A stretch of 64,000 nucleotides of DNA from Eledone cirrhosa (taxonomy: Eukaryota), in the NCBI GenBank assembly GCA_964016885.1, contig OZ024745.1, positions 124,001-188,000 of the forward strand, in the 5' to 3' direction. Positions 1 through 12,300 of the stretch are shown here, piece after piece. The stretch's first letter is position 1. Each line of letters starts with the position of its first letter. A program made the translations under genes and the position numbers. A model generated the notes under the pieces. That model was not told the DNA's origin. It searched no databases and was given only the letters and a program-made list of their open reading frames with translations.

Positions 1-521
1 TGAGCGAAAAGGTGGTATTTTTGAATATTTAAGCGGCTGTTACGCCGTTCCTGAACAAAAAGTCCAAAATGTAAAGCCACTTTAAGACGTGAAATAATCA
101 GATCTAGCGTAGTGTAAAATTTGAACAAAGTAGGTTGATTAATGTGGGAGCTAGAGCCGAAAAAGTGGAAATTTGAGTGTAAAAGTGGTATTTTTGAATA
201 TTTAATTAAGTGGCTGCCACACCGTCCCTGAACAACAAATACAAAATATAAAGCCATTTCAGGATGTGCAATGATAAATTCTATTTTGCTTTAAAATTTG
301 AACGAAATCGGTGGCAAAATGTGGGAGCTAGAGCCTAAAATCTTATTTTTTGATACCTAAAAAAAGGTGATCCCCCCCCCCCCCCCTCTTATCGATTTTT
401 ATCTGCAGAATGACCCCGGAATAAAAAAAACGATACGCTGATATATAGAAAACACTCCCCGATGACTAATCTATGAGCCTGTAAAGTTTCATGAAAATCG
501 GTCGTAAGATGTAGGCCATTA
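1..521. mobile_element. End of a non-autonomous DNA-transposon-like element with internal ~175-bp tandem units
   Basis: gtggtatttttgaatattt occurs at ~12 and ~185, and aatgtgggagctagagcc at ~141 and ~318. The segment is CpG-richer than its flanks, contains aagtttcatgaaaatcgg and ends at ggccattaa. Family (Kolobok- or Helentron-like) is not resolved. Confidence 0.45.
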
Positions 522-534
522 AGACATACTTAAT

Positions 535-928
535 TTTATATATATACAGATATATATATAAATGAAGTATTTCCGTAGGAAAGGTAAAAGAAAAGAGAGT
601 GCTCTATGTAGGCTACAGAGCTTTTTAGTTATGTAATAACTAAATATATATATATAAATATATATATAAATATATATATATAAATGACATAATAAACAAC
701 AATATAATTCATTACTGAAGGTTTCTTGCAACATCCAGCTCGTTCATCAGACAAAACTATGTTTGGGACATAAATGTTGAAAGTGATATCAAAATGAAAG
801 TGAGGCTGAGTTAAAAGGAAGGAACATCTTATAAGAGAAAAAGTATATATACATACAAATATACACACAAACCTACATGCACACATCTATATGTACATCT
901 ATATACACACATTGATATATATGTTTAT

Positions 929-968
<40 letters not shown>

Positions 969-1103
969 GTACATATTTTATATATATACATACATATATA
1001 TTCTTATACATATATATATACACGCACACAGACATATGCATATACATACACAAACACATATATACACACGCACACACAGATATATATATATACGCATTTA
1101 TAT
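535..1103. repeat. Degenerate (TA)n/(CA)n microsatellite patches
   Basis: Dinucleotide runs are directly visible and explain the YIYI/HTHT ORFs. Confidence 0.85.
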
Positions 1104-1574
1104 AACCTAACCATTAGACCATGTAGCTTCAGTCATATAATCTATGCAAGTCCTATCACTGAGATCATTTAAATATCTATTTACTAGTCTTGATTGACAA
1201 CATTTATTGTGAGAAGTCATTATAAGTATAACCCTGGTCTTTATATTTCAGAAATACTCAATTTATAATAAACATGAAAATATCAAAATCTCAGTGCTTA
1301 ACCTGATAACAATAACCAATACTGTTGTGTATTAGGAGATATGATATAATCTAGAGGACTTCTTTTGAGATGTTCACTTTATGACTGCATAAAGTTATAA
1401 ATATATTCTGTGATAGAAAGAAATCTGAGAAATTTGGGAAACAGTCACCAACAAACAGGTCTGCTTAACAGGTTATTATATGTCAAGTGAAGGAGTAAGT
1501 TAATAATCTAAAGCTTGTATGGCATTGTATTATGTTAAACATTTCGTTAAAACCTAATAAAAGTTCAACAATAA

Positions 1575-1775
1575 CTCTATCTTTAAATAAAAAAAACCTT
1601 AACACCAGTTAGTAACTAACATATCTTTATCTTTAAATAAAAACCCTTAACATGAGTTAGTAACTAACTTTTACCCAAACATCTTTATTATAAAATACAA
1701 TATAACTTAATATCAGTTACTAACTAACTTTTACCCTAACATATCTTTATTAAATATAACTTAACACCAGTTAAT
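1575..1775. repeat. Degenerate ~50-60-bp AT-rich tandem repeat (~4 copies)
   Basis: Recurrent cttaacaccagttagtaactaac and atatctttat. Confidence 0.6.
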
Positions 1776-2714
1776 ATTATTCTAACATAATTATCATCAA
1801 CATGAAGTGTGCCTGTTAAATTTGATTTTCATGTCAAAGATTCTTCAGTTAAAAACTTAAGTAGGCATTGTAATAATAAATTTATTGAGAAAAGAAATTA
1901 TAAAAGCAACAATCATAAATACTGTTTTGTCCTTTTTTCACACTAACATAAATTGGTGTTTTATGGTTGATTGCTCTTTCTAATGCTAACCAAACTGGAA
2001 GCTACTTGTTTAAGCCGAGACAAGCATTGCATTATTGACATCTTATAACACTATGAGTAAAACAGCTAAACCATTTAGGTCAGATCAATGGTTTGATGCT
2101 AAGGCCAAGATCAATCCTGATTGAGCAGACCTATAGTTAATGGTGTTCAAGCATTTATCATCTTATTTTAGCTTCAGAGTTTCCAGGACTTCATTCTTTT
2201 AGATATATATTGAAGAAAGTAGAGCTGGCATTGTTAATTTGTAGCCCTGATTGAGTGAGAACACAGGAAATTTAGAAAACTGATTGGAGTTTTGAGAGCA
2301 ACTTTAAGACCTAGTTGGTGTTCAGCATTGGAACTGTGTCTAGCTGATATCTACATGGAATGGGATGTCTGTGATAACTGTGGCTAGATAATATCTACAT
2401 GGGATATATGTGATAATTGTGACTAACTGATAATATCTACATGGGGCCTCTGTGATAAATGTGCATGTGCAACCTCTGCAAAGTTGTAGACATATTGGTT
2501 GAAGCCGGCTTATACCATCCTGGCTGCCGACACAGTAGAAATGTTGATCTAGATGAAATGAGATGAAAGTATGGTTGAGTATTAAAGGTATCAACTGTGA
2601 CTCCTCAGAAGGTAAAGTCTGGTGAAAAGAAGTACCATGGAAAGGAAGACTGTCAAGTTGAGGAAGAACTAGAGTCAGTGATCCCACCATGGGGTGACAG
2701 CATGTATTGACAAG

Positions 2715-3349
2715 CAGCACCAAATGTATGTACCAATGTGCAGTCAATGGCACCAGATGTACCAATGTGTAGTCAACAGCACCAGATGTACCAATGTGCA
2801 GTCAACGGCACCAGATGTACCAAAGTGCAGTCAATGGCACCAGATGTACCAAAGTGCAGTCAATGGCACCAGATGTACCAATGAGCAGTCAACAGCACCA
2901 GATGTACCAATGTGCAGTCAACGGCACCAGATGTACCAATGTGCAGTCAACGGCACCAGATGTACCAATGTGCAGTCAACGGCACCAGATGTACCAATGT
3001 GCAGTCAATGGCACCAGATGTACCAAAGTGCAGTCAATGGCACCAGATGTACCAATGTGCAGTCAACAGCACCAGATGTACCAATGTGCAGTCAATGGCA
3101 CCAGATGTACCAAAGTGCAGTCAATGGCACCAGATGTACCAATGTGCAGTCAATGGCACCAGATGTACCAAGGTGCAGTCAACAGCACCAGATGTACCAA
3201 TGTGCAGTCAATGGCACCAGATGTACCAATGTGCAGTCAATGGCACCAGATGTACCAATGTGCAGTCAACGGCACCAGATGTACCAATGTGCAGTCAATG
3301 GCACCAGATGTATCAATGTGCAGTCAACAGCACCAGATGTACCAATGTG
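2715..3349 (+). repeat. 29-bp minisatellite, ~22 copies
   Basis: Unit gcaccagatgtaccaatgtgcagtcaa(tg/cg/ca). Confidence 0.95.
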
Positions 3350-3574
3350 GAGGCAAAACTGAAAAACTAGAAGAGGTTAAGAAAGGCCCATGCAACTGCG
3401 ATATATAGTATGAAGCAGAATGAGAGACAGTATACATATCAATAATGATAGTATTGATAAAAATCAATATTATATAGAATTCCGAAAGTAAGAGTCTTCT
3501 TTCATGTTTATGCTATAATATAAAAAAGCCAGCCACAAATACAACAGCCATGATGTTAAATGGGACGAGAAGTT

Positions 3575-3801
3575 CCTTTTAGCCACTCTGTAGAGTGATA
3601 GTGCTGTTACCATGATAAAAAAAACATGGTAGACACTGCGAAGTGGTTGGCATTAGAAAGGGCATCCAACCATAGAGATCATGCTAAAATATAGAGCGTA
3701 TGAGTAAGATATGGGTCTCTCTAGACAGTCTAGTCTGAAACCATAGCAACCTGGCCAAACCTTGTCAGCATGGAAAAATGGTTGTAAAATGATGATGATG
3801 A
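3575..3801 (+). mobile_element. RTE-type 3' tail (LINE/SINE fragment)
   Basis: gtggttggcattagaaagggcatcc...cagcatggaaaaatggttgtaaaa(tga)n is homologous to the end of the RTE at 63850-64000. Confidence 0.8.
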
Positions 3802-4327
3802 TTTATGTAAACTATATGACAAACATTTTTCTGTTTACTGCAGGAACAAATACAACATTGCTAAAATTAAAGATATATATATATATGCATTAGCTGGTGT
3901 ATAACTTGTATATGGTGTTGATATTAGATTTTCTATTTATTTTAACTGAGATAGAATTTCAATATTTCTATGAAAAGAGAGAAGAAAAAACTTGTTAGAT
4001 AAACTAAATAGAAAAACATTTTTAAATCTTATATATAGGTCAACATAAAATTCAAAGATAAAATTCCTAACAAAACATTAATTATTAATGGATCAATCAG
4101 ATTATTTTTATAAGTTATATATCTGATTAAATAAAGAATTCACAACAGAAAACATTCCAGTGAAACATGGTCTTTCTCTTGTCACAATTTGAAAGTAAGG
4201 TTATTCAAACCATCTAAACAACAACAACAATAAATGAAGCAAACATGACACCTCAACAACTTCCATCAGAATTCTGATAAGAATGTTGGCATAACCTAAT
4301 GAAGAAGTTGAATACCTTATAAAACAT

Positions 4328-4759
4328 TCTATATATTAATACGCTTGTACCTACGTACCATACGTACGTGTGTGTCAAGCTTTCAGTAAAACAATGGGGG
4401 TGGTAAACAATCTACGACCAAAGAAAATCAAAGAGCGCTGCAACGTTTGGAAAGGAGAGAGAGAGGGGTGGGTTGTAATATATTTAGAGAGAGGGGGTTA
4501 TAATATATATATAGAGAGAGGGGGATATACTATATTTAAAGAGAGGGGTTTTATAATATAGAGAAAGGAGGGTTAAAATATATAGAGAGAGGGTTATAAT
4601 ATATAGAGAGGGGGTTATAATATAGAGAAAGGGGGGTTAAAATATATAGAGAGGGGGTTATAATATAGAGAAAGGAGGGTTAAAATATAGAGAGAGAGGG
4701 CGTTATAATATATATAGAGAGAGGGGATTATCCGTGAAAAAATTCACGGGTCCAGCTAG
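4328..4759 (+). mobile_element. Non-autonomous Helitron-like element with internal ~20-bp minisatellite
   Basis: 5' end TCTATATATTAATACG. 3' hairpin CCGTGAA-aaaa-TTCACGG (4732-4749), then CTAG (4756-4759) followed by T. Internal repeat agagagggggttataatatat at ~4455-4730. Confidence 0.65.
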
Positions 4760-5269
4760 TAGACTTAATATTATCTGACAGCTACAGTCTTACAAATATG
4801 TTGGCCAGAGAGAAAGATGAAACAAAGACATCAAAGATAATGAGAAAATCTGACATTCAACAGATCCCTAATTCCTGGCATCAAGAAATTGATTATATTG
4901 GTTTTAGAAATAACATTTCTCTCTCTTTTTACATGAAAAAAAAAAAAAGACTGTTAGGTGTTGAGAAGATGTTTGATGGCGATGGAGCAGAGATAATAAA
5001 TATGGGGAGTGTGCAGCGGGGAGAAATGGAATGAATTGAATATGATTTGGTGAATGTGTGGGGTTGTTTGGGTTGAAATATTGACAGGTGAGTCGTGTAC
5101 AAAGATGTGAATAAGGTAAATTAAGGAAGAATGAAAGATATGTGTATATATGTGTGTGTATGTAGGTATGAAATGTGTGCGAGTGTGTGAACCGGTAACT
5201 GTTGATAGAGAAAGCATGTCTTCGGCACTTTAAACCTGGCAGAGCTGATTCTGTTTCCAAGTTTGACCA

Positions 5270-5420
5270 CACCCAATTTCCCCCAGAGATAGGGAGAAAG
5301 TGAGAAAAATACAGAAGAATCAACCCCTAGTACTGAACTTGTACTTTTTTTATTGACCTCAAAAGGATAAAAGGCAAAGTCAACTTTCGTGGGATTTGAA
5401 CTCAAAGAGTGCAGAGAGCT
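5270..5420 (-). mobile_element. tRNA-derived SINE, family A (Nin/Deu-like domain), partial
   Basis: Reverse complement of gagttcaaatcc...gactttgccttt..atcc...aataaaaaagtac; B-box present. Confidence 0.7.
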
Positions 5421-5442
5421 AAGACAGCCAGAAAAAAAAGAC

Positions 5443-5643
5443 AACCCTTTTTGAGACTTTAGTTCTCATGAAATAAACTACTTCCATTAAGATTTTTGAG
5501 GGATTTGCTAAAATTAATTATTTCATTAGTAAGATAGTAATGTAACTTATGGTTGTTATATAAAATTATATTAGAAAATTTTAATTTAAACAAGAACCCT
5601 TTAAAATGGGTGATTTTGAGTAGATTGGTACGCAAAGGGTTAA
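5443..5643. mobile_element. Possible degenerate piggyBac-like MITE
   Basis: Termini aaccctttt... and ...gcaaagggttaa resemble CCC/GGG ends with a TTAA site. The left TTAA is not intact. Confidence 0.3.
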
Positions 5644-6371
5644 ATGATGGTGATTCTGATAAAATAAGAAAGCCTTGCAGAATAAAGAAAAAGTTACTAA
5701 TATTTTGAATTGAAAGAAGAGGAACGAGATCAGATTATACAACAAATACAGCCAGAGTGCTACGGTCATTTCATGGGAATTAGTAGACAACATTAATGAG
5801 GGGACAGAGAATAATGATTATGCTAAGAATCTTATAATACCTAAGACTATGGAAGGTGAAATAAAGATGATACTGTTAAATAACTATATAACATACAAAA
5901 ATAGATAAATCTGAAATTAATCCCACATTGAACAGATCAAAGTGATGTCTGTAACAATTCTCTAGGTTTAATTTCAGAAATTGATTACTACTAAAAGAAA
6001 AATTTGTAAAAGAACAAAAAATGGTACATCCATTGAAAAGAAGAGAAACAATTTTACTATAAACAAAGAATTCACAGTTGATGATGTAAAGAAAGTTAAA
6101 AAACAACCAAATCTTCAGATTTCACCTGTTTGACTTGTTAACATTTTCAAGATGAAATCAGATTCTTAGTTGATATATCCACTGTAGTTCTGACAGTAAA
6201 CAACATAATTCTACTTGGCCAACTAAAAATTCATGGATTTTTGTTGTTGTTGATGGTTTTTGATAAAAATATAGGAAGATAAGTTATATTATTTTTACTA
6301 ATAGGAGAAACTGTCTTGATGTGGTAAGGTAGCTGCCATGTCAAAATATATCTACTGCATACTGTAAGAGG

Positions 6372-9300
6372 TATACACCCAGTAAAGTGGTAGTGCTGGT
6401 GCTATACACCCAGTACCCTGTAAAGTGGTAGTGCTGGTGCTATACACCCTGTAAAGTGGTAGTGCTGGTACTATACACCCAGTACCCAGTAAAGTGGTAG
6501 TGCTGGTGCTATACACCCAGTACCCTGTAAAGTGGTAGTGCTGGTACTATATACCCAGTAAAGTGGTAGTGCTGGTGCTATACACCCAGTACCCTGTAAA
6601 GTGGTAGTGCTGGTACTATACACCCAGTACCCTGTAAAGTGGTAGTGCTGGTACTATACACCCAGTACCCTGTAAAGTGGTAGTGCTGGTGCTATATACC
6701 CAGTACCCAGTAAAGTGGTAGTGCTGGTACTATACACCCAGTACCCTGTAAAGTGGTAGTGCTGGTACTATACACCCAGTACCCTGTAAAGTGGTAGTGC
6801 TGGTGCTATATACCCAGTACCCTGTAAAGTGGTAGTGCTGGTGCTATATACCCAGTACCCAGTAAAGTGGTAGTGCTGGTACTATACACCCAGTACCCTG
6901 TAAAGTGGTAGTGCTGGTACTATACACCCAGTACCCTGTAAAGTGGTAGTGCTGGTGCTATATACCCAGTACCCTGTAAAGTGGTAGTGCTGGTACTATA
7001 CACCCAGTACCCTGTAAAGTGGTAGTGCTGGTACTATACACCCAGTACCCTGTAAAGTGGTAGTGCTGGTGCTATATACCCAGTACCCAGTAAAGTGGTA
7101 GTGCTGGTACTATACACCCAGTACCCTGTAAAGTGGTAGTGCTGGTACTATACACCCAGTACCCTGTAAAGTGGTAGTGCTGGTGCTATATACCCAGTAC
7201 CCTGTAAAGTGGTAGTGCTGGTGCTATATACCCAGTACCCTGTAAAGTGGTAGTGCTGGTACTATACACCCAGTACCCTGTAAAGTGGTAGTGCTGGTGC
7301 TATATACCCAGTACCCAGTAAAGTGGTAGTGCTGGTGCTATATACCCAGTACCCAGTAAAGTGGTAGTGCTGGTGCTATACACCCAGTACCCTGTAAAGT
7401 GGTAGTGCTGGTACTATATACCCAGTACCCAGTAAAGTGGTAGTGCTGGTACTATACACCCAGTACCCAGTAAAGTGGTAGTGCTGGTGCTATATACCCA
7501 GTACCCTGTAAAGTGGTAGTGCTGGTGCTATACACCCAGTACCCTGTAAAGTGGTAGTGCTGGTACTATATACCCAGTAAAGTGGTAGTGCTGGTGCTAT
7601 ACACCCAGTACCCAGTAAAGTGGTAGTGCTGGTACTATACACCCAGTACCCTGTAAAGTGGTAGTGCTGGTACTATATACCCAGTACCCTGTAAAGTGGT
7701 AGTGCTGGTACTCTATACCCAGTACCCAGTAAAGTGGTAGTGCTGGTGCTATATACCCAGTACCCAGTAAAGTGGTAGTGCTGGTACTATATACCCAGTA
7801 CCCTGTAAAGTGGTAGTGCTGGTGCTATATACCCAGTACCCAGTAAAGTGGTAGTGCTGGTGCTATACACCCAGTACCCAGTAAAGTGGTAGTGCTGGTA
7901 CTATACACCCAGTACCCAGTAAAGTGGTAGTGCTGGTGCTATACACCCAGTACCCAGTAAAGTGGTAGTGCTGGTGCTATACACCCAGTACCCAGTAAAG
8001 TGGTAGTGCCGGTACTATACACCCAGTACCCTGTAAAGTGGTAGTGCTGGTACTATACACCCAGTAAAGTGGTAGTGCTGGTACTATACACCCAGTAAAG
8101 TGGTAGTGCTGGTACTATACACCCAGTAAAGTGGTAATGCTGGTACTATACACCCAGTAAAGTGGTAGTGCTGGTACTATACACCCAGTACCCTGTAAAG
8201 TGGTAGTGCTGGTACTATACACCCAGTAAAGTGGTAGTGCTGGTACTATACACCCAGTAAAGTGGTAGTGCTGGTACTATACACCCAGTAAAGTGGTAAT
8301 GCTGGTACTATACACCCAGTAAAGTGGTAGTGCTGGTACTATACACCCAGTACCCAGTAAAGTGGTAGTGCTGGTGCTATATACCCAGTACCCAGTAAAG
8401 TGGTAGTGCTGGTGCTATATACCCAGTACCCAGTAAAGTGGTAGTGCTGGTACTATACACCCAGTACCCAGTAAAGTGGTAGTGCTGGTGCTATATACCC
8501 AGTACCCAGTAAAGTGGTAGTGCTGGTGCTATACACCCTGTAAAGTGGTAGTGCTGGTGCTATACACCCAGTACCCAGTAAAGTGGTAGTGCTGGTGCTA
8601 TACACCCAGTACCCAGTAAAGTGGTAGTGCTGGTACTATACACCCAGTACCCAGTAAAGTGGTAGTGCTGGTGCTATACACCCAGTACCCAGTAAAGTGG
8701 TAGTGCTGGTGCTATACACCCAGTACCCAGTAAAGTGGTAGTGCTGGTGCTATATACCCAGTACCCTGTAAAGTGGTAGTGCTGGTGCTATACACCCAGT
8801 ACCCAGTAAAGTGGTAGTGCTGGTGCTATACACCCAGTACCCAGTAAAGTGGTAGTGCTGGTACTATACACCCAGTACCCTGTAAAGTGGTAGTGCTGGT
8901 GCTATATACCCAGTACCCAGTAAGGTGGTAGTGCTGGTACTATACACCCAGTACCCAGTAAAGTGGTAGTGCTGGTGCTATACACCCAGTACCCAGTAAA
9001 GTGGTAGTGCTGGTGCTATACACCCAGTACCCAGTAAAGTGGTAGTGCTGGTGCTATACACCCAGTACCCTGTAAAGTGGTAGTGCTGGTGCTATATACC
9101 CAGTACCCAGTAAAGTGGTAGTGCTGGTGCTATATACCCAGTAAAGTGGTAGTGCTGGTGCTATACACCCAGTACCCTGTAAAGTGGTAGTGCTGGTGCT
9201 ATATACCCAGTACCCTGTAAAGTGGTAGTGCTGGTACTATACACCCAGTACCCTGTAAAGTGGTAGTGCTGGTGCTATATACCCAGTACCCTGTAAAGTG

Positions 9301-12300
9301 GTAGTGCTGGTACTATACACCCAGTACCCTGTAAAGTGGTAGTGCTGGTACTATACACCCAGTACCCTGTAAAGTGGTAGTGCTGGTACTATACACCCAG
9401 TACCCTGTAAAGTGGTAGTGCTGGTGCTATACACCCAGTACCCTGTAAAGTGGTAGTGCTGGTACTATACACCCAGTACCCTGTAAAGTGGTAGTGCTGG
9501 TGCTATATACCCAGTACCCTGTAAAGTGGTAGTGCTGGTACTATACACCCAGTACCCAGTAAAGTGGTAGTGCTGGTACTATATACACAGTACCCTGTAA
9601 AGTGGTAGTGCTGGTGCTATACACCCAGTACCCAGTAAAGTGGTAGTGCTGGTGCTATACACCCTGTAAAGTGGTAGTGGTGGTACTATATACCCAGTAC
9701 CCTGTAAAGTGGTAGTGCTGGTTCTATACACCCAGTACCCAGTAAAGTGGTAGTGCTGGTACTATACACCCAGTACCCAGTAAAGTGGTAGTGCTGGTAC
9801 TATATACCCAGTACCCTGTAAAGTGGTAGTGCTGGTGCTATATACCCAGTACCCAGTAAAGTGGTAGTGCTGGTACTATACACCCAGTACCCAGTAAAGT
9901 GGTAGTGCTGGTAATATATACCCAGTACCCTGTAAAGTGGTAGTGCTGGTGCTATACACCCAGTACCCAGTAAAGTGGTAGTGCTGGTGCTATACACCCA
10001 GTACCCCGTAAAGTGGTAGTGCTGGTGCTATACACCCAGTACCCAGTAAAGTGGTAGTGCTGGTACTATACACCCAGTACCCAGTAAAGTGGTAGTGCTG
10101 GTGCTATACACCCAGTACCCAGTAAAGTGGTAGTGCTGGTGCTATACACCCAGTACCCAGTAAAGTGGTAGTGCTGGTGCTATACACCCAGTACCCTGTA
10201 AAGTAGTAGTGCTGGTACTATACACCCAGTACCCTGTAAAGTGGTAGTGCTGGTGCTATACACCCAGTACCCAGTAAAGTGGTAGTGCTGGTGCTATACA
10301 CCCAGTACCCAGTAAAGTGGTAGTGCTGGTACTATATACCCAGTACCCAGTAAAGTGGTAGTGCTGGTGCTATACACCCAGTACCCAGTAAAGTGGTAGT
10401 GCTGGTACTATACACCCAGTACCCTGTAAAGTGGTAGTGCTGGTGCTATACACCCAGTACCCTGTAAAGTGGTAGTGCTGGTGCTATATACCCAGTACCC
10501 AGTAAAGTGGTAGTGCTGGTGCTATACACCCTGTAAAGTGGTAGTGCTGGTGCTATACACCCAGTACCCAGTAAAGTGGTAGTGCTGGTGCTATACACCC
10601 AGTACCCAGTAAAGTGGTAGTGCTGCTGCTATATACCCAGTACCCAGTAAAGTGGTAGTGCTGGTGCTATACACCCTGTAAAGTGGTAGTGCTGGTACTA
10701 TACACCCAGTACCCTGTAAAGTGGTAGTGCTGGTACTATACACCCAGTACCCTGTAAAGTGGTAGTGCTGGTACTATACACCCAGTACCCTGTAAAGTGG
10801 TAGTGCTGGTACTATACACCCAGTACCCTGTAAAGTGGTAGTGCTGGTGCTATATACCCAGTACCCTGTAAAGTGGTAGTGCTGGTACTATACACCCAGT
10901 ACCCTGTAAAGTGGTAGTGCTGGTGCTATATACCCAGTACCCAGTAAAGTGGTAGTGCTGGTACTATACACCCAGTACCCAGTAAAGTGGTAGTGCTGGT
11001 GCTATATACCCAGTACCCTGTAAAGTGGTAGTGCTGGTACTATACACCCAGTACCCAGTAAAGTGGTAGTGCTGGTGCTATACACGCAGTACCCTGTAAA
11101 GTGGTAGTGCTGGTGCTATACACCCTGTAAAGTGGTAGTGCTGGTGCTATACACCCAGTACCCAGTAAAGTGGTAGTGCTGGTGCTATACACCCAGTACC
11201 CTGTAAAGTGGTAGTGCTGGTGCTATACACCCAGTACCCAGTAAAGTGGTAGTGCTGGTGCTATACACCCAGTACCCAGTAAAGTGGTAGTGCTGGTACT
11301 ATACACCCAGTACCCTGTAAAGTGGTAGTGCTGGTACTATACACCCAGTACCCAGTAAAGTGGTAGTGCTGGTACTATACACCCAGTACCCAGTAAAGTG
11401 GTAGTGCTGGTACTATACACCCAGTACCCTGTAAAGTGGTAGTGCTGGTACTATACACCCAGTACCCAGTAAAGTGGTAGTGCTGGTACTATACACCCAG
11501 TACCCAGTAAAGTGGTAGTGCTGGTGCTATACACCCAGTACCCTGTAAAGTGGTAGTGCTGGTACTATACACCCAGTACCCAGTAAAGTGGTAGTGCTGG
11601 TACTATACACCCAGTACCCTGTAAAGTGGTAGTGCTGGTGCTATACACCCAGTACCCAGTAAAGTGGTAGTGCTGGTACTATACACCCAGTACCCAGTAA
11701 AGTGGTAGTCCTGGTACTATACACCCAGTACCCTGTAAAGTGGTAGTGCTGGTGCTATACACCCAGTAACCAGTAAAGTGGTAGTGCTGGTACTATACAC
11801 CCAGTACCCTGTAAAGTGGTAGTGCTGGTACTATATACCCAGTACCCAGTAAAGTGGTAGTGCTGGTACTATACACCCAGTACCCTGTAAAGTGGTAGTG
11901 CTGGTACTATACACCCAGTACCCTGTAAAGTGGTAGTGCTGGTGCTATATACCCAGTACCCTGTAAAGTGGTAGTGCTGGTACTATACACCCAGTACCCT
12001 GTAAAGTGGTAGTGCTGGTACTATACACCCAGTACCCTGTAAAGTGGTAGTGCTGGTGCTATACACCCAGTACCCAGTAAAGTGGTAGTGCTGGTGCTAT
12101 ACACCCAGTACCCTGTAAAGTGGTAGTGCTGGTGCTATACACCCTGTACCCTGTAAAGTGGTAGTGCTGGTGCTATACACCCAGTACCCTGTAAAGTGGT
12201 AGTGCTGGTACTATACACCCAGTACCCTGTAAAGTGGTAGTGCTGGTACTATATACCCAGTACCCTGTAAAGTGGTAGTGCTGGTGCTATACACCCTGTA

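Noticed and set aside
2694-3408. Three overlapping Cys/Gln-rich ORFs
   Set aside because: They are translations of a stop-free 29-bp minisatellite, with the same peptide cycling through all three frames.
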